Source: Adineta steineri
Taxonomy: Eukaryota
Reading direction: 5' to 3'
Length of the DNA: 15,081 bases
NCBI GenBank assembly: GCA_905250115.1
Contig: CAJNOI010000487.1
Location: 31,407-46,487 of the forward strand
This document shows positions 1 to 10,001 of this stretch, piece by piece. The position numbers and the translations under genes were made by a program. Every line of letters begins with the position of its first letter. The stretch's first letter is position 1. The notes under the pieces are model-generated. The model searched no databases. It was not told the DNA's origin and saw only the letters and a list, made by a program, of their open reading frames with translations.

Positions 1-989
1 AAAATAACTGCCATTCTCCCATTCGTTTTTTTCGTTCTGTTATATTACAATAAAAATTTTCTCCAATAGATAACACATATATATCAATGACAAAACGAAG
101 AGAGTGATTAATCGCTATATTTTTTTTTCATTCCTAATATTTGCACAGACCAATCAGAAGACACGAACACTCAATAACCGATCACGTTGATCAGGAATAA
201 AAAAAATGTGGTGATAAAAAGTATTTTTCGATGTGATCAAAATGCACTTCTTCCGAAAAAAAAATCGAATTTAAATTTTGAGAAAGTGAATTAAGTCGAA
301 TATCATTTAAATTTCGTGAACATACAAATATTTCGCCGAAAAAATTTTGCATATAAAAGAAAGCATTGAATTTAAACTTCAGAACAATATGCATTCTATG
401 ATTAATCGAATTTTTATCTGATTATGCAACATTATTCCCATGTGACATAAAGATTGAGTGCTCTCATTTACACTTGAAATTGATTAGAATTTTGATGATT
501 TACTTAGATTAATGACTAAGAAATAGCTTATCAGAGAATATCCAATCTCATTTGCTTTTTTCTTTCATTTTTTTTGTACATGAGTAGTACATAATTAACT
601 GTACAATTATCTTCATTCGTTATGAGTTTTATAACGAAATATAAGTTAGACTGTAAAGAAAATCTTTCTCGAATAGAAAGAAACTGTCACAGGAACGGAT
701 CTTTAAACATGTGAATAGTATTATTCATTAGATATTTTATATATACAACAAAGTAGTTTTGAACAAAAATCAACTAATTCGCATTTTCTTTGCTATTAAT
801 TTCGCGCTGTACAAGAACGAAACAACTGTAAATATGTTCTGTAGGAATATCTATTGAATAATAAATACTATTAAAAAGATGCGGTTCATATTCTATATCT
901 TTTTCTTTCTTTGATATTGGTCTATCTGTTGTTAGAATATCTTGTTTACTTAAAGAAATATAAAAAAGAAAAATGAAATAATCTGATTA

Positions 990-1265
990 TCTTACGATAA
1001 AAAACAAAATGAGAAATTAAGATTGATAATATATATATCAAAAATCATGACTTACAAACATCCGAATCACTCATAACTTCAAAAGATAAATTTCACTCAT
1101 ATCGCTACTTGAATAGCGGAAATGAAATTGTATTGTACCTTGAAATGAAAGAGTAAGTCATAAAAAATTTATCTTTTGGAGTTATCAATGATTCAAGTGT
1201 TTGGGAATCATGATTTTTAATATATGTATTATCGATCTTGATTTCTCATTTTTTTTATCGTAAGA
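990..1265. mobile_element. Foldback / MITE-like element: ~100 bp imperfect terminal inverted repeats (990-1093 and 1166-1265) around a ~72 bp centre
   Basis: Left arm TCTTACGATAAAAAACAAAATGAGAAATTAAGATTGATAATATATATATCAAAAATCATGACTTACAAACATCCGAATCACTCATAACTTCAAAAGATAAATTT pairs with the reverse complement of the right arm, TCTTACGATAAAAAAAATGAGAAATCAAGATCGATAATACATATATTAAAAATCATGATTCCCAAACACTTGAATCATTGATAACTCCAAAAGATAAATTT. No ORF inside. Confidence 0.8.
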
Positions 1266-2468
1266 AAAAAAATATATTTGACTCAACAAGATAAAAAAAA
1301 GTAATCCAAATAAAAATTTCGAAATTTTATTAGTCGTCTTCTTTCTCTCGAAGACAGGAAATCAAAAAAATGCACATAAACGATTTTTTAACTATATGGA
1401 TCAGACTAATCTAATAAAGATACATGTAGCTTTGTAAAAGAAGACTTTTCCTATTTTGACACTTGATATTTTATCAGAATTTATTGCATAAACCAGTCAC
1501 ATTAGACAATTATTATTTGAAAAGACATGTCTTTCTGTTATCGTACCTCCATGATCGTATAAAACCACAATAAATTCTAAGAAGCTATCCGAATTCAATA
1601 AAATTTTATTCTAAAGACACTACCAAATAGACAAATAAATTTATTATTAATATCATTATATTTTTTAATATTCCTATGTAATAGGTAATCTCCAGGATTT
1701 TGTTTCAGCAAATATTCAATTATTGTTGCCAAACAATTAATTGATAAAAATGTACATAATAATGTGAAAAGGTTATTAGTTGATATGATGAATGTGATTT
1801 GGCAACTGAAAAGAATAGTTAAATGCAAAGAGGTACAAGTATGTGTTACAAAGAAGAGATTTTATACATGGCAACATCGACAAAATTCTGTATATCTATG
1901 TTTGTTCATATAAGGCGTATTGTTTCTGAAAAAAAGAAATAGCGCGAAACATATGATTTCCAGCAGAATAGTATTAGCGTCTGCGCTTATTTTAGACTGA
2001 TGGTCAGAAATGTAATTTCAAGCAATTAACAATCATATGATGCATAAGAAAGATATTTTTCTCGATTTTTGTCCGTTGCAACTGTAAACCCTCTTTACGT
2101 ATTCTAAAAAAACATGAAGAAACCGAAACCTCTATTGATAAAAAAAAGTGCATGTATTTATTCGACATTCAAGGATTAATTAAAATAAGAGAAAACAGCT
2201 AATAAATATTGGTTTATTTAATAAATAAAAGAATGAAAAGATTATAAATTGTTAAATAAGAGAAAGAAAAAAAAGGAACGCACATGAATATGTTCCTGAG
2301 TATATGAATAAATGTAATAGTACACTGAAACATATCAGAGCAAAATAAAGAACAATAATATCAAAGATATTTTGCACATATAATCAAATATTGATTGAGA
2401 AAAATCTTTAGAATATATCGTGCAATATAAAAAGAAACGTCTCATTTGGATTAGCGGTAAGTCTATAT

Positions 2469-2546
2469 GGATTATTCAAGGGTGTGGGTGTGAATATGAA
2501 TGTAAGAGAATAAAGAAAAATCCGCACACTCACACCCTCAAGATCC
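2469..2546. repeat. Hairpin element copy 1 (telomere-like G-rich/C-rich arms)
   Basis: GGATTATTCAAGGGTGTGGGTGTG ... CGCACACTCACACCCTCAAGATCC; the arms are near-complementary around a ~30-40 nt loop. Confidence 0.75.
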
Positions 2547-3447
2547 AGCCATTCTTATGTGTGATAATAGATTATAAGAACCTCATCCATCCACTCACAT
2601 ACTATTTTCAAGTTTTTCAAATGAACTAATTTAAATCAGAGTGAGTTCGTGTAATAGTTCAGCTATATTTATTTTAAATTAAAATAAATATTTAATAGCA
2701 TGATGAAGATCTTGTTTATTTGTTTGTGATGATATAACAACAATAATGAAATTCCCTAATAATAGAATAAACGATATATTAAAGTAAGTAAAAAAAAATC
2801 CTATCTTTTGTTTTTACACATGAATAAACAAATAAAATAATTAATCTTAGTAAAGAAAATAAAATTAAAATACAGAAACTTATTATTAAATGTTTACGAA
2901 ATGATTTGATGATATAATATTTATTCGAAATAGTGTTAGAAAATGCATTATATTAACTGAAGAATTATAAAAATTTATGGGATCACGTATAAAATTTAAT
3001 GTTATTACTAATGTAAGAAATATAATCATTAATTTTATAATTTGATCAGTAGCAGATGAGTTTAACCAATCCAATAAAATTTATATAAATAATTCTTTGA
3101 ATATTGATATAGATTATATATTTAATAATATTCTAAATAAGAACATAATTAATAATTTGAATATGTCTACGAAAGAAATGACTGATCAATTAGATTTAGA
3201 TTTTTTAAGTGAATCGTTGATGAATATGGTTACTCTTCTCAAACATTTTCTTAGTAAGATTTACTCAAGATAAAAATAATCTCTCATTGTTCCTTTTTGA
3301 TGAAACGTATATTAGAGTTAATAAAAGTTTATTATCCTTTCCATATAAAAATCTTATCTTAGTATAAAGCTGCCATAAACATTAAGACTCTTCATTAACT
3401 ATAAATACTTTACCGTTTATAGTTATACAGTCGTTTATTGTAATAAA

Positions 3448-5361
3448 ATGCATTATTCGTCTATTATTATTATAGGTTTTGTATTTCTGGGAACGATTAT
3501 TCAAATTAACTGTCTTCAATGTTATAAATGTAGTTGTTCTGTTAATGTTGGTGAAGCAACATGCAAAGATGATAGTGAATTACAATGTGTAATCGAATAT
3601 GTTGAAAATAATTATTGTATAATTGCACGAACATCATCGAGCAATATTACATTTGATCATAGACCAAATTCTGATCTGATATTTTTGGAATCACAACATT
3701 ACTTACGAGCTAAAGAACAAATTATCTATTTAGAAAGTAGTTCAAGTTGGCACGCACCTATTGTAAAAGAATTCACTTATGGTTGTGATTGGAATTTATG
3801 CAATACACCTCGTATTCTTAGTCTCCTTCCAAAAGGTCTTACATTTACTGTTGATTCAAATTTGTTAACAAATTCATTGATTCTTCAACCAGATGAAACG
3901 TTCACAACATGTGCATCATGTACAAAATGTGTAAATTCAACTACAGCAATAACATGTGCAACAGTACCATGTAGTGGTACGTGTGAAATTGATGATCATT
4001 TGGATGATCCAGTGCAACATAATAGTTCATGTTCATTTCAATTTACTAGTGCATGTTTAAATGAAAAACTTAATACATCCATTGAAATAACAGGAACATA
4101 TTATATGGATGATAAGAAATTTCAAACAGGTGAAATAGATATTTGGTGTAAAAAAAACAATTGTAATGATCCACCTCATGTTCAAACTATACAAAGAAAT
4201 ATTACTTTTATAACAGAAATAAATGATCAACTTTATTTTCGGCCACAAGCAACAACATCAAAACCAAATACTGGTCTATTGGGTTGTTATACATGTCATT
4301 GTGACCATGCAGTCGGTAGTGATGGTTGTAAAATATTAGAATGTACAATTGAATATCAAGATAAAAGTTATTGTGAAATAGTACGCAATTTTAAAGAAAT
4401 TCCTGGTAGGGAATTCATTCAGCTTGGTCATGTAGAACAAACGAATTTACCATATAGACATTTTATTCATGCAGAAGAAGAACTTATACTTTATAGAAAC
4501 TTATCATGGCATCGACCATCAGTTAATTTTATTAGTTATATATGTGATTGGGAATTATGTAATGATGGTCGTCTCGTTGATAAATTAATAACAAGTTTTC
4601 AATTTAATGCTGAACCATCAGAAATAGCTGCATATCTTCAAAGTCCTGAACCACTTACTTATTGTGCTGAATGTGAAGTTTGTAGTAATTTTAGTAGTTT
4701 TGATCAATGCACAAATGCTTCTTGTTCATCTGGTGGACGTTGTTATATTGATCAATATATTAAGCATCCAGATTATAGCAGTTGTGTATATGCATTCAAA
4801 GCTGAATGTGAAAATTTTGCAACTGAATCAAGTATTATACTTACAGCTACTTATAATATTGACGATGACATCTTAGATTTTGAAGAAGTAAATGTTTATT
4901 GTTCAAAGAATGGTTGCAATCACCCTGCAACAGTATACAGTTTACTTGAACTCATACATGAAGATATTCAACTCGATTCATTATTTTTTATTCGTCCAAT
5001 TACGAATACTACAGCATCACCAAATATTACAGAACCAACACCATCTTCTCCTGCTACAACATCGACCTCCACCACAACAATATCATCCTCTACTACTATA
5101 AATTCACCAGCGAGTTCTTCAAGTACATCCGCAACTACTGCAAGTACATCGGCAACTACTACAAATGTACCAGCAAGTTCTGCAAGTATATCGACAACTA
5201 CTACAAATGCACCAGCAAGTCCTGCAAGTACATCGGTAACTAATACAAGTACATCGACAACTACTACACCATCATCAAGTCCCATCATGGCTATATCCCG
5301 TTCAGCAGCTATTATTATTTTTCTAATAAGACTATTTGTTTCGCTTTTTATCAATAACTAA
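3448..5361 (+). CDS. Secreted, probably GPI-anchored, cysteine-rich surface protein with Ly6/uPAR (LU)-like repeats and a Ser/Thr-rich stalk
   Basis: 637-aa single-exon ORF with ATG start. It has an N-terminal signal peptide (MHYSSIIIIGFVFLGTIIQINC). Segments start with CYKCSC / CASCTKC / CYTCHC / CAECEVC and end with CDWNLCN / CKKNNCN / CDWELCN / CSKNGCN, the CxxxxCN ending typical of LU domains. A Ser/Thr/Pro-rich stalk is followed by a C-terminal hydrophobic tail (SAAIIIFLIRLFVSLFINN). Confidence 0.85.
   Translation: MHYSSIIIIGFVFLGTIIQINCLQCYKCSCSVNVGEATCKDDSELQCVIEYVENNYCIIARTSSSNITFDHRPNSDLIFLESQHYLRAKEQIIYLESSSSWHAPIVKEFTYGCDWNLCNTPRILSLLPKGLTFTVDSNLLTNSLILQPDETFTTCASCTKCVNSTTAITCATVPCSGTCEIDDHLDDPVQHNSSCSFQFTSACLNEKLNTSIEITGTYYMDDKKFQTGEIDIWCKKNNCNDPPHVQTIQRNITFITEINDQLYFRPQATTSKPNTGLLGCYTCHCDHAVGSDGCKILECTIEYQDKSYCEIVRNFKEIPGREFIQLGHVEQTNLPYRHFIHAEEELILYRNLSWHRPSVNFISYICDWELCNDGRLVDKLITSFQFNAEPSEIAAYLQSPEPLTYCAECEVCSNFSSFDQCTNASCSSGGRCYIDQYIKHPDYSSCVYAFKAECENFATESSIILTATYNIDDDILDFEEVNVYCSKNGCNHPATVYSLLELIHEDIQLDSLFFIRPITNTTASPNITEPTPSSPATTSTSTTTISSSTTINSPASSSSTSATTASTSATTTNVPASSASISTTTTNAPASPASTSVTNTSTSTTTTPSSSPIMAISRSAAIIIFLIRLFVSLFINN
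5108..5275 (+). repeat. Coding minisatellite in the Ser/Thr-rich stalk (approximate bounds)
   Basis: Recurring AGTACATCGGCAACTACT / ACAAATGTACCAGCAAGTTCTGCA-type blocks encode repeated STSATTTNVPASSA-like sequence. Confidence 0.7.
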
Positions 5362-5374
5362 AAACATTGTATTT

Positions 5375-5440
5375 GATGGTGTGGGTGTCTATTATGAGAG
5401 AAGAGTGGTTTATACACCCACACTCACACCCACAGTCACC
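5375..5440. repeat. Hairpin element copy 2, immediately 3' of the 3448-5361 stop codon
   Basis: GGTGTGGGTGT (5379-5389) pairs with ACACCCACAC (5414-5423), followed by TCACACCCACAG; the hairpin begins ~14 nt after TAA. Confidence 0.75.
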
Positions 5441-5633
5441 AAAACACTTTGCTTGCTTAAAATTTTGTCATTTTGAAGATTTTGTATGTTTTGATGTGTC
5501 GGGAAATCGTAACGAACATCTCCTCAGGAAAATCTTAAAAAAAAGTTAGTGTGTTATGTCTCTTTTCCGGTCACGACAACATTTTATTGATTCTTATTTG
5601 CTCAATTTGATCTCATTTTTCTAAACAGAAGAT

Positions 5634-5728
5634 GGGTGTGGGTGTGGGAAGACAAGAATACCCACACCCACAAACACACACCCACACCCACACCCACACC
5701 CACACCCACACCCTCACACACCCACCCT
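5634..5728. repeat. Hairpin element copy 3 with expanded (CCCACA)n arm
   Basis: GGGTGTGGGTGTGGG (5634-5648), short spacer, CCCACACCCACA (5661-5672), then an uninterrupted 33 bp CCCACA run (5681-5713) and CTCACACACCCACCC. Confidence 0.85.
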
Positions 5729-5930
5729 GGTAAATATCGAATTCTATGAGATAACATGTGAAAGTAAATTATATATTTCGAATAATAATTAATAGGGTTA
5801 TTTCTATAAAAACAACATTGAACATCAACACTTTTTGAAGAAAATGCAAAGTTTCCTAATAGAAAAGAATCTATTTTATTATTTTTCATTCATTCATTTG
5901 AAAGTCTATAGAGTGAAGCTGTTACTACAT

Positions 5931-5984
5931 TAGGGTTTGGGTGTGAATGATGATAACAGAAGACACATTCACACTCTCAAACTA
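5931..5984. repeat. Hairpin element copy 4 (degenerate)
   Basis: TAGGGTTTGGGTGTGAATG ... CATTCACACTCTCAAACTA; about 14 of 19 positions complementary. Confidence 0.65.
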
Positions 5985-6994
5985 TTCCGATGGACTATAT
6001 TTACCTGTAACTTACATGTATTATGATGTATAGTATTTGAAATTTAATTTTAATAACGAGACAAAATATTCTTTTCCAGATTTAAATTATTTCTAAATAA
6101 AGAGTAAATCTTAGATTACAGTTACACTCACATCCATCCATTCAGAAATCATCGAATAGTTTAGGATCAGTTACAAAATAGATCTTCTTATTGACATATT
6201 TGTTCCTTCATATCTATACAAAATAATAAATTCTATTCTCCTATTTAAATAGTGATTCTCAATGTTTTTCTTTCTGATTTAGTCTGATGCATATTGCTTT
6301 CACATTCTTTTTCCAAAGTTTTAATATTATGAGTATTTATTGTATTTACAACAAATGTTAATTGACATCTGCTAGAATTTTGTTCACTAATTTACTTCGC
6401 CAGAGGAAGAGAATTTATTATTTTTAATGTTGTTTTTGTTGTAGATTTTCCAAAAAAATATACTTTACATTGATATTGTTGCGTAGAAGAAAAAACAGTT
6501 GTTGTTTTCATAATTATTATTTTTCAGCAACATACTGAAGATTTTGTAGTCAGTCATTTGAGAATAGCACTGCAAACAGTTTGTTCTTGTTCAATTTTAT
6601 TCGGGTAAGTGTTAATGAAACATAATAATTCATGAATAGTAAGAAAAGAGAGATTTCTCAGCTTCGATGGATGAAAATATATTTTATTTTGATTATTTTC
6701 AGATAAAAATAAATTTCAATACTTTTTTTAATGACTTTTTCGTTTTTTAGAAAATCATTTAGAAATATTCTGAAAATTCTTATAAACATATTTCTATATT
6801 GGTGGTTTTCTTTCGATTGATTTGTAAATAAAACTTTTTCATTATTTTATTTTTAGTCAAATATTTATGCATATTTTTCAACTATAATCTTTTGTTCTGA
6901 AGTATTATTCTGGTATCATTTGTTTTTGTTAGATATTCTAGATTATTGATTGTAATAAGGTATTAATTCAATCTCACACGTGTACAAAATATTT

Positions 6995-9429
6995 ATGATG
7001 GGTCGAAATCAAATAGGAGTTTGTGATGCAATATATTTGTTAAATAATGTTTCATTTTAATGAATTATTTTAGTCTGAACTGGTTACATCGAATTCTCAA
7101 CAGACGTCAACTGATCGATCAACTTTATTGTAAGTGTTTTGTAAATTGTTGAAACTTATAATCAAAAGAACTGTTTATTATAGAAGCAAATGTTTAAAAA
7201 AAAAGAAATTTTTATGGATTACTATTGGTATTATCGTTGTTATTTTGATTGTAACTATTCCAATCGTGATTATTAAATCAAAACCAGCAGACATAACAAA
7301 ACTATCAAATGTAATAACAGAAACAACAAACGTGATAAACCTATCAACTGTGACAAAAAAAACAACAATGATAAGAAAACAACCAACTGTTATAACAAAA
7401 GCAACGATTCAAAAATCTAGAACAACAACAACATATAACCCAACGACAGAAGGTATGAAGCTAATAAAATAAAAAAGAGGCGATATTCTTTTCTTTTTTG
7501 ATAAATTATTAAAATTTTCTACGATATGCTAGTATTGAATTCAAGGTTTCCGACTGTTTTCAAAGGTGAATGGGAATAAAATTTATGAGAAAGTATCATC
7601 ATATAACTTTCTGGAGAATTTTACCACCAAAAAGTGTTTTTGTGTTGGAGTTTCTTTGTCATTCTTTACTTAAAGTTGAGAGATCAGAATATACATTTTA
7701 TAGAAAAGAATTCACAAACGATAAATAGTTGAGAAATGAAGAAGAAAAATAGAACATTTTTTCAAACAATTGTGTTTTGAAAGTTTCTCAGTCTTGAATT
7801 TCTCCATAGAAACATCTTATAATCAAGATACAAAGTAGACAGAAGATAAGTGTAATTTGATGTTGTGTACAGGTAAATCTCATGTGACTAAAATATATAA
7901 ACGTACTATTTCTTTGTCAAGATTTTGATGAAATAATACTTGTCAGTGGAATTTGGCTACTGCTTGGGGTTAAAAAGTTATGAATTTTTCCAGGAAATAT
8001 CATCTTTCATCCAAGGACGTTCTTAAGAGCAAGAATTTCAGAAATTTATTAAATTTACCAGTGATGTCTGATTTGGTTTCTGACACTTGTAGAAGATATC
8101 TGATGGACTATTTCTGAAGTATTTAAGAGTATCTACATATGAACTATAGTGATTATATTAAACCATCTGTATGTTGACTAAGATCTTATAAATCTATATC
8201 AGATCTTCATACAAGATAATAATATTTTCAAAATTCAGGTAGGAAGCTAGCCGAGAAATATCGCAGAATACACAGTTGCGCCAGTATAAATATGAGAATC
8301 TTTACTCTTGATCACTCATTAATTCAAAAAACAAATTCTCATTCACTTTTTCAAAAGAAAAGTGGAAAGACATTTTTATTAAGTTGTCTTTTGTTATTTA
8401 ATACTATAAGCGTAAAATTTTAATCATCTTTCCTTGTTTAATTCTACTGACATTTTTCTTAAATCGATATTGTCAGACTTTAATTTAATGTCAAATTCTT
8501 TGTGTTCACTTTTAGTACAAAGCAAGCCAAAATCTGACAAATGGAAACAACATGGAATTACTGTTGCTGGAAAAGGTGGACAAGGAAATAGCTTAAGTCA
8601 ACTCTCTGTCCCCCAGGGGATGTATATTGATGATGATGAAAGCATTTTGATTGCTGATACTGGAAATCATCGTATTGTTAAATGGAAAGATGATCCTAAC
8701 AATGGTCAAGTCATTGTAGGTGGAATGGGAGTGGGTGACAGACAGGATCAGCTCAGCGTACCATTCGACGTAACTGTTGACAAACAAAAGAATGCGATAA
8801 TCATATGTGATCATGGAAATCGACGAGTGATGCGATTATTCCGTCAAAGTCAAACAAATCCACAAATTATCATTTCTGATATTGCATGTGGCGGTATGGC
8901 GATGGACAAAAATGGATCTCTTTATGTTTCTGATATGTACAAGGCTGAAGTGATACGATGGAAAGAAGGAGATACATATGGAACAATAGTTGCAGGTGGA
9001 AATAGCCAAGGAAATCATTCCAATCAACTCTATCGACCTCATCATATCTTTGTCGATGAAGATTATTCTGTTTATGTAGCGGATACTCTTAATCATCGTG
9101 TAATGAAATGGACAAAAGATGCAAAAAAAGGAATTCTTGTCGCTGGTGGAAATGGACATGGAAATCGTCTCGATCAATTCTCTGGTCCTTATGCAGTGAT
9201 TGTTGATAATTCGGGTCAAATCATTATTGCAGATCATGACAATCATCGAATAATTCAATGGTATGAAGGGAACGCACAAGGTTCAATTGTTGTTGGTGGA
9301 AATGGTCAAGGCGACAGATCAAATCAATTAAATTATCTCAAGGGTCTCTCATTTGATGTTGAAGGAAATCTTTATGTTGTTGATTCTCATAATCATCGAA
9401 TTCAAAAATATGAACTAAGTACGGAATAA
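6995..9429 (+). CDS. Type II membrane protein with a Thr-rich stalk and C-terminal NHL-repeat (six-bladed beta-propeller) domain; proposed exons 6995-7018, 7074-7129, 7184-7452, 8516-9429
   Basis: Joins MMGRNQIG | SELVTSNSQQTSTDRSTLL | SKCLKKKKFLWITIGIIVVILIVTIPIVIIKSK...TTTTYNPTTEG | VQSKPKSDKWKQHGITVAGKGGQG.... Introns are 7019-7073 (GTTTGT..TTTTAG, 55 bp), 7130-7183 (GTAAGT..TTATAG, 54 bp) and 7453-8515 (GTATGA..TTTTAG, 1063 bp); phases match at each joint. Six NHL units carry motifs such as PQGMYIDDDESILIADTGNHRIVKWK, HHIFVDEDYSVYVADTLNHRVMKW and KGLSFDVEGNLYVVDSHNHRIQKY. The first exon is the least certain. Confidence 0.75.
8516..9429 (+). CDS. Terminal exon carrying the NHL-repeat propeller (within the gene above; ORF track 8434-9429)
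   Basis: Repeated VAGGNGxGxxxxQLxxPxxIxVDxxxxVYVADxxNHRVxxW units. The 3' splice site CACTTTTAG|TACAAAGC is in phase with the upstream TM/stalk exon. Confidence 0.93.
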
Positions 9430-9730
9430 AATGAAAATTGTTTTATTTTGAAGATAATTCAATTGTGAAATAATATAATTTATCAAAATAAAAAATAAAA
9501 TCATCTGATTTTGAATAAAATACTTCTTTTTTTGAAAAGTATATTTATTTTAGTTTATGAATTATTTAACACAAATTTAAGTTGTAATTGTTTCTAGAGA
9601 AGTCCTTTTTGACGTGTGAGAGATAATTAAGTTGTTCTCGTGGAAGTTTAACATGGATAATTTATTGTTTCTAACTTCAGACTCGAACAAAATTTAAGAA
9701 GAAGATTTCGATGATAAGATTAACCTAAAC

Positions 9731-9780
9731 ATCTTGAGGGTGTGGATGATTTTATTTTATCACACCCATACCCTCAAGAT
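9731..9780. repeat. Hairpin element copy 5, between convergent NHL and GPCR genes
   Basis: ATCTTGAGGGTGTGGATGAT ... ATCACACCCATACCCTCAAGAT; the two outer 11-nt ends are perfectly complementary and the loop is short. Confidence 0.85.
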
Positions 9781-10001
9781 GGTTTTCTTTCAATATAAAT
9801 ATAATGACAGATAATAATACATAAATAGAATATATTGCTAAACAAAGATACAACATCGATAATCTTCTATAATAAACTTTTTTTCTTCTTCAAGCTCTGT
9901 TCAGTTTATTTATTTGATGAATAATCATTAGTATTCGGCTTTTCTTTTATGTCATAATAATATAAAATAATGTTTAATGAGGAATAATTTGTTCATTTAT
10001 T

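Noticed and set aside
191-1828. Minus-strand ORFs 191-394 and 1595-1828
   Set aside because: Short Phe/Ile/Asn-rich ORFs as expected by chance in AT-rich DNA; no signal, repeat or domain support.
2420-2629. 69-aa plus ORF containing CGCEYECKRIKKNPHTHTL
   Set aside because: It spans hairpin copy 1, so the Cys/His pattern is produced by the repeat, not a zinc finger.
3045-3272. Open plus-strand frame ending ...MSTKEMTDQLDLDFLSESLMNMVTLLKHFLSKIYSR
   Set aside because: It looks mildly protein-like, but in-frame Met comes late (3163), it has no homology I recognise, and it is AT-driven. Kept only as a low-priority exon candidate.
4057-5101. Overlapping ORFs 4057-4248 (-), 4664-4876 (+), 4892-5101 (+)
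   Set aside because: Alternative frames inside the clearly coding 3448-5361 gene.
4968-5354. 128-aa minus-strand ORF rich in Val/Asp
   Set aside because: It is antisense to the Ser/Thr stalk minisatellite, so it is open because of the repeat.
5602-5889. 95-aa minus-strand ORF with (VG)n and HTHTH
   Set aside because: The low-complexity protein is simply the TGTGGG-type repeat read through in one frame; no domain.
8593-9279. Minus-strand ORFs of 73 and 147 aa
   Set aside because: They are antisense to the well-supported NHL exon; periodic composition mirrors the NHL repeats.
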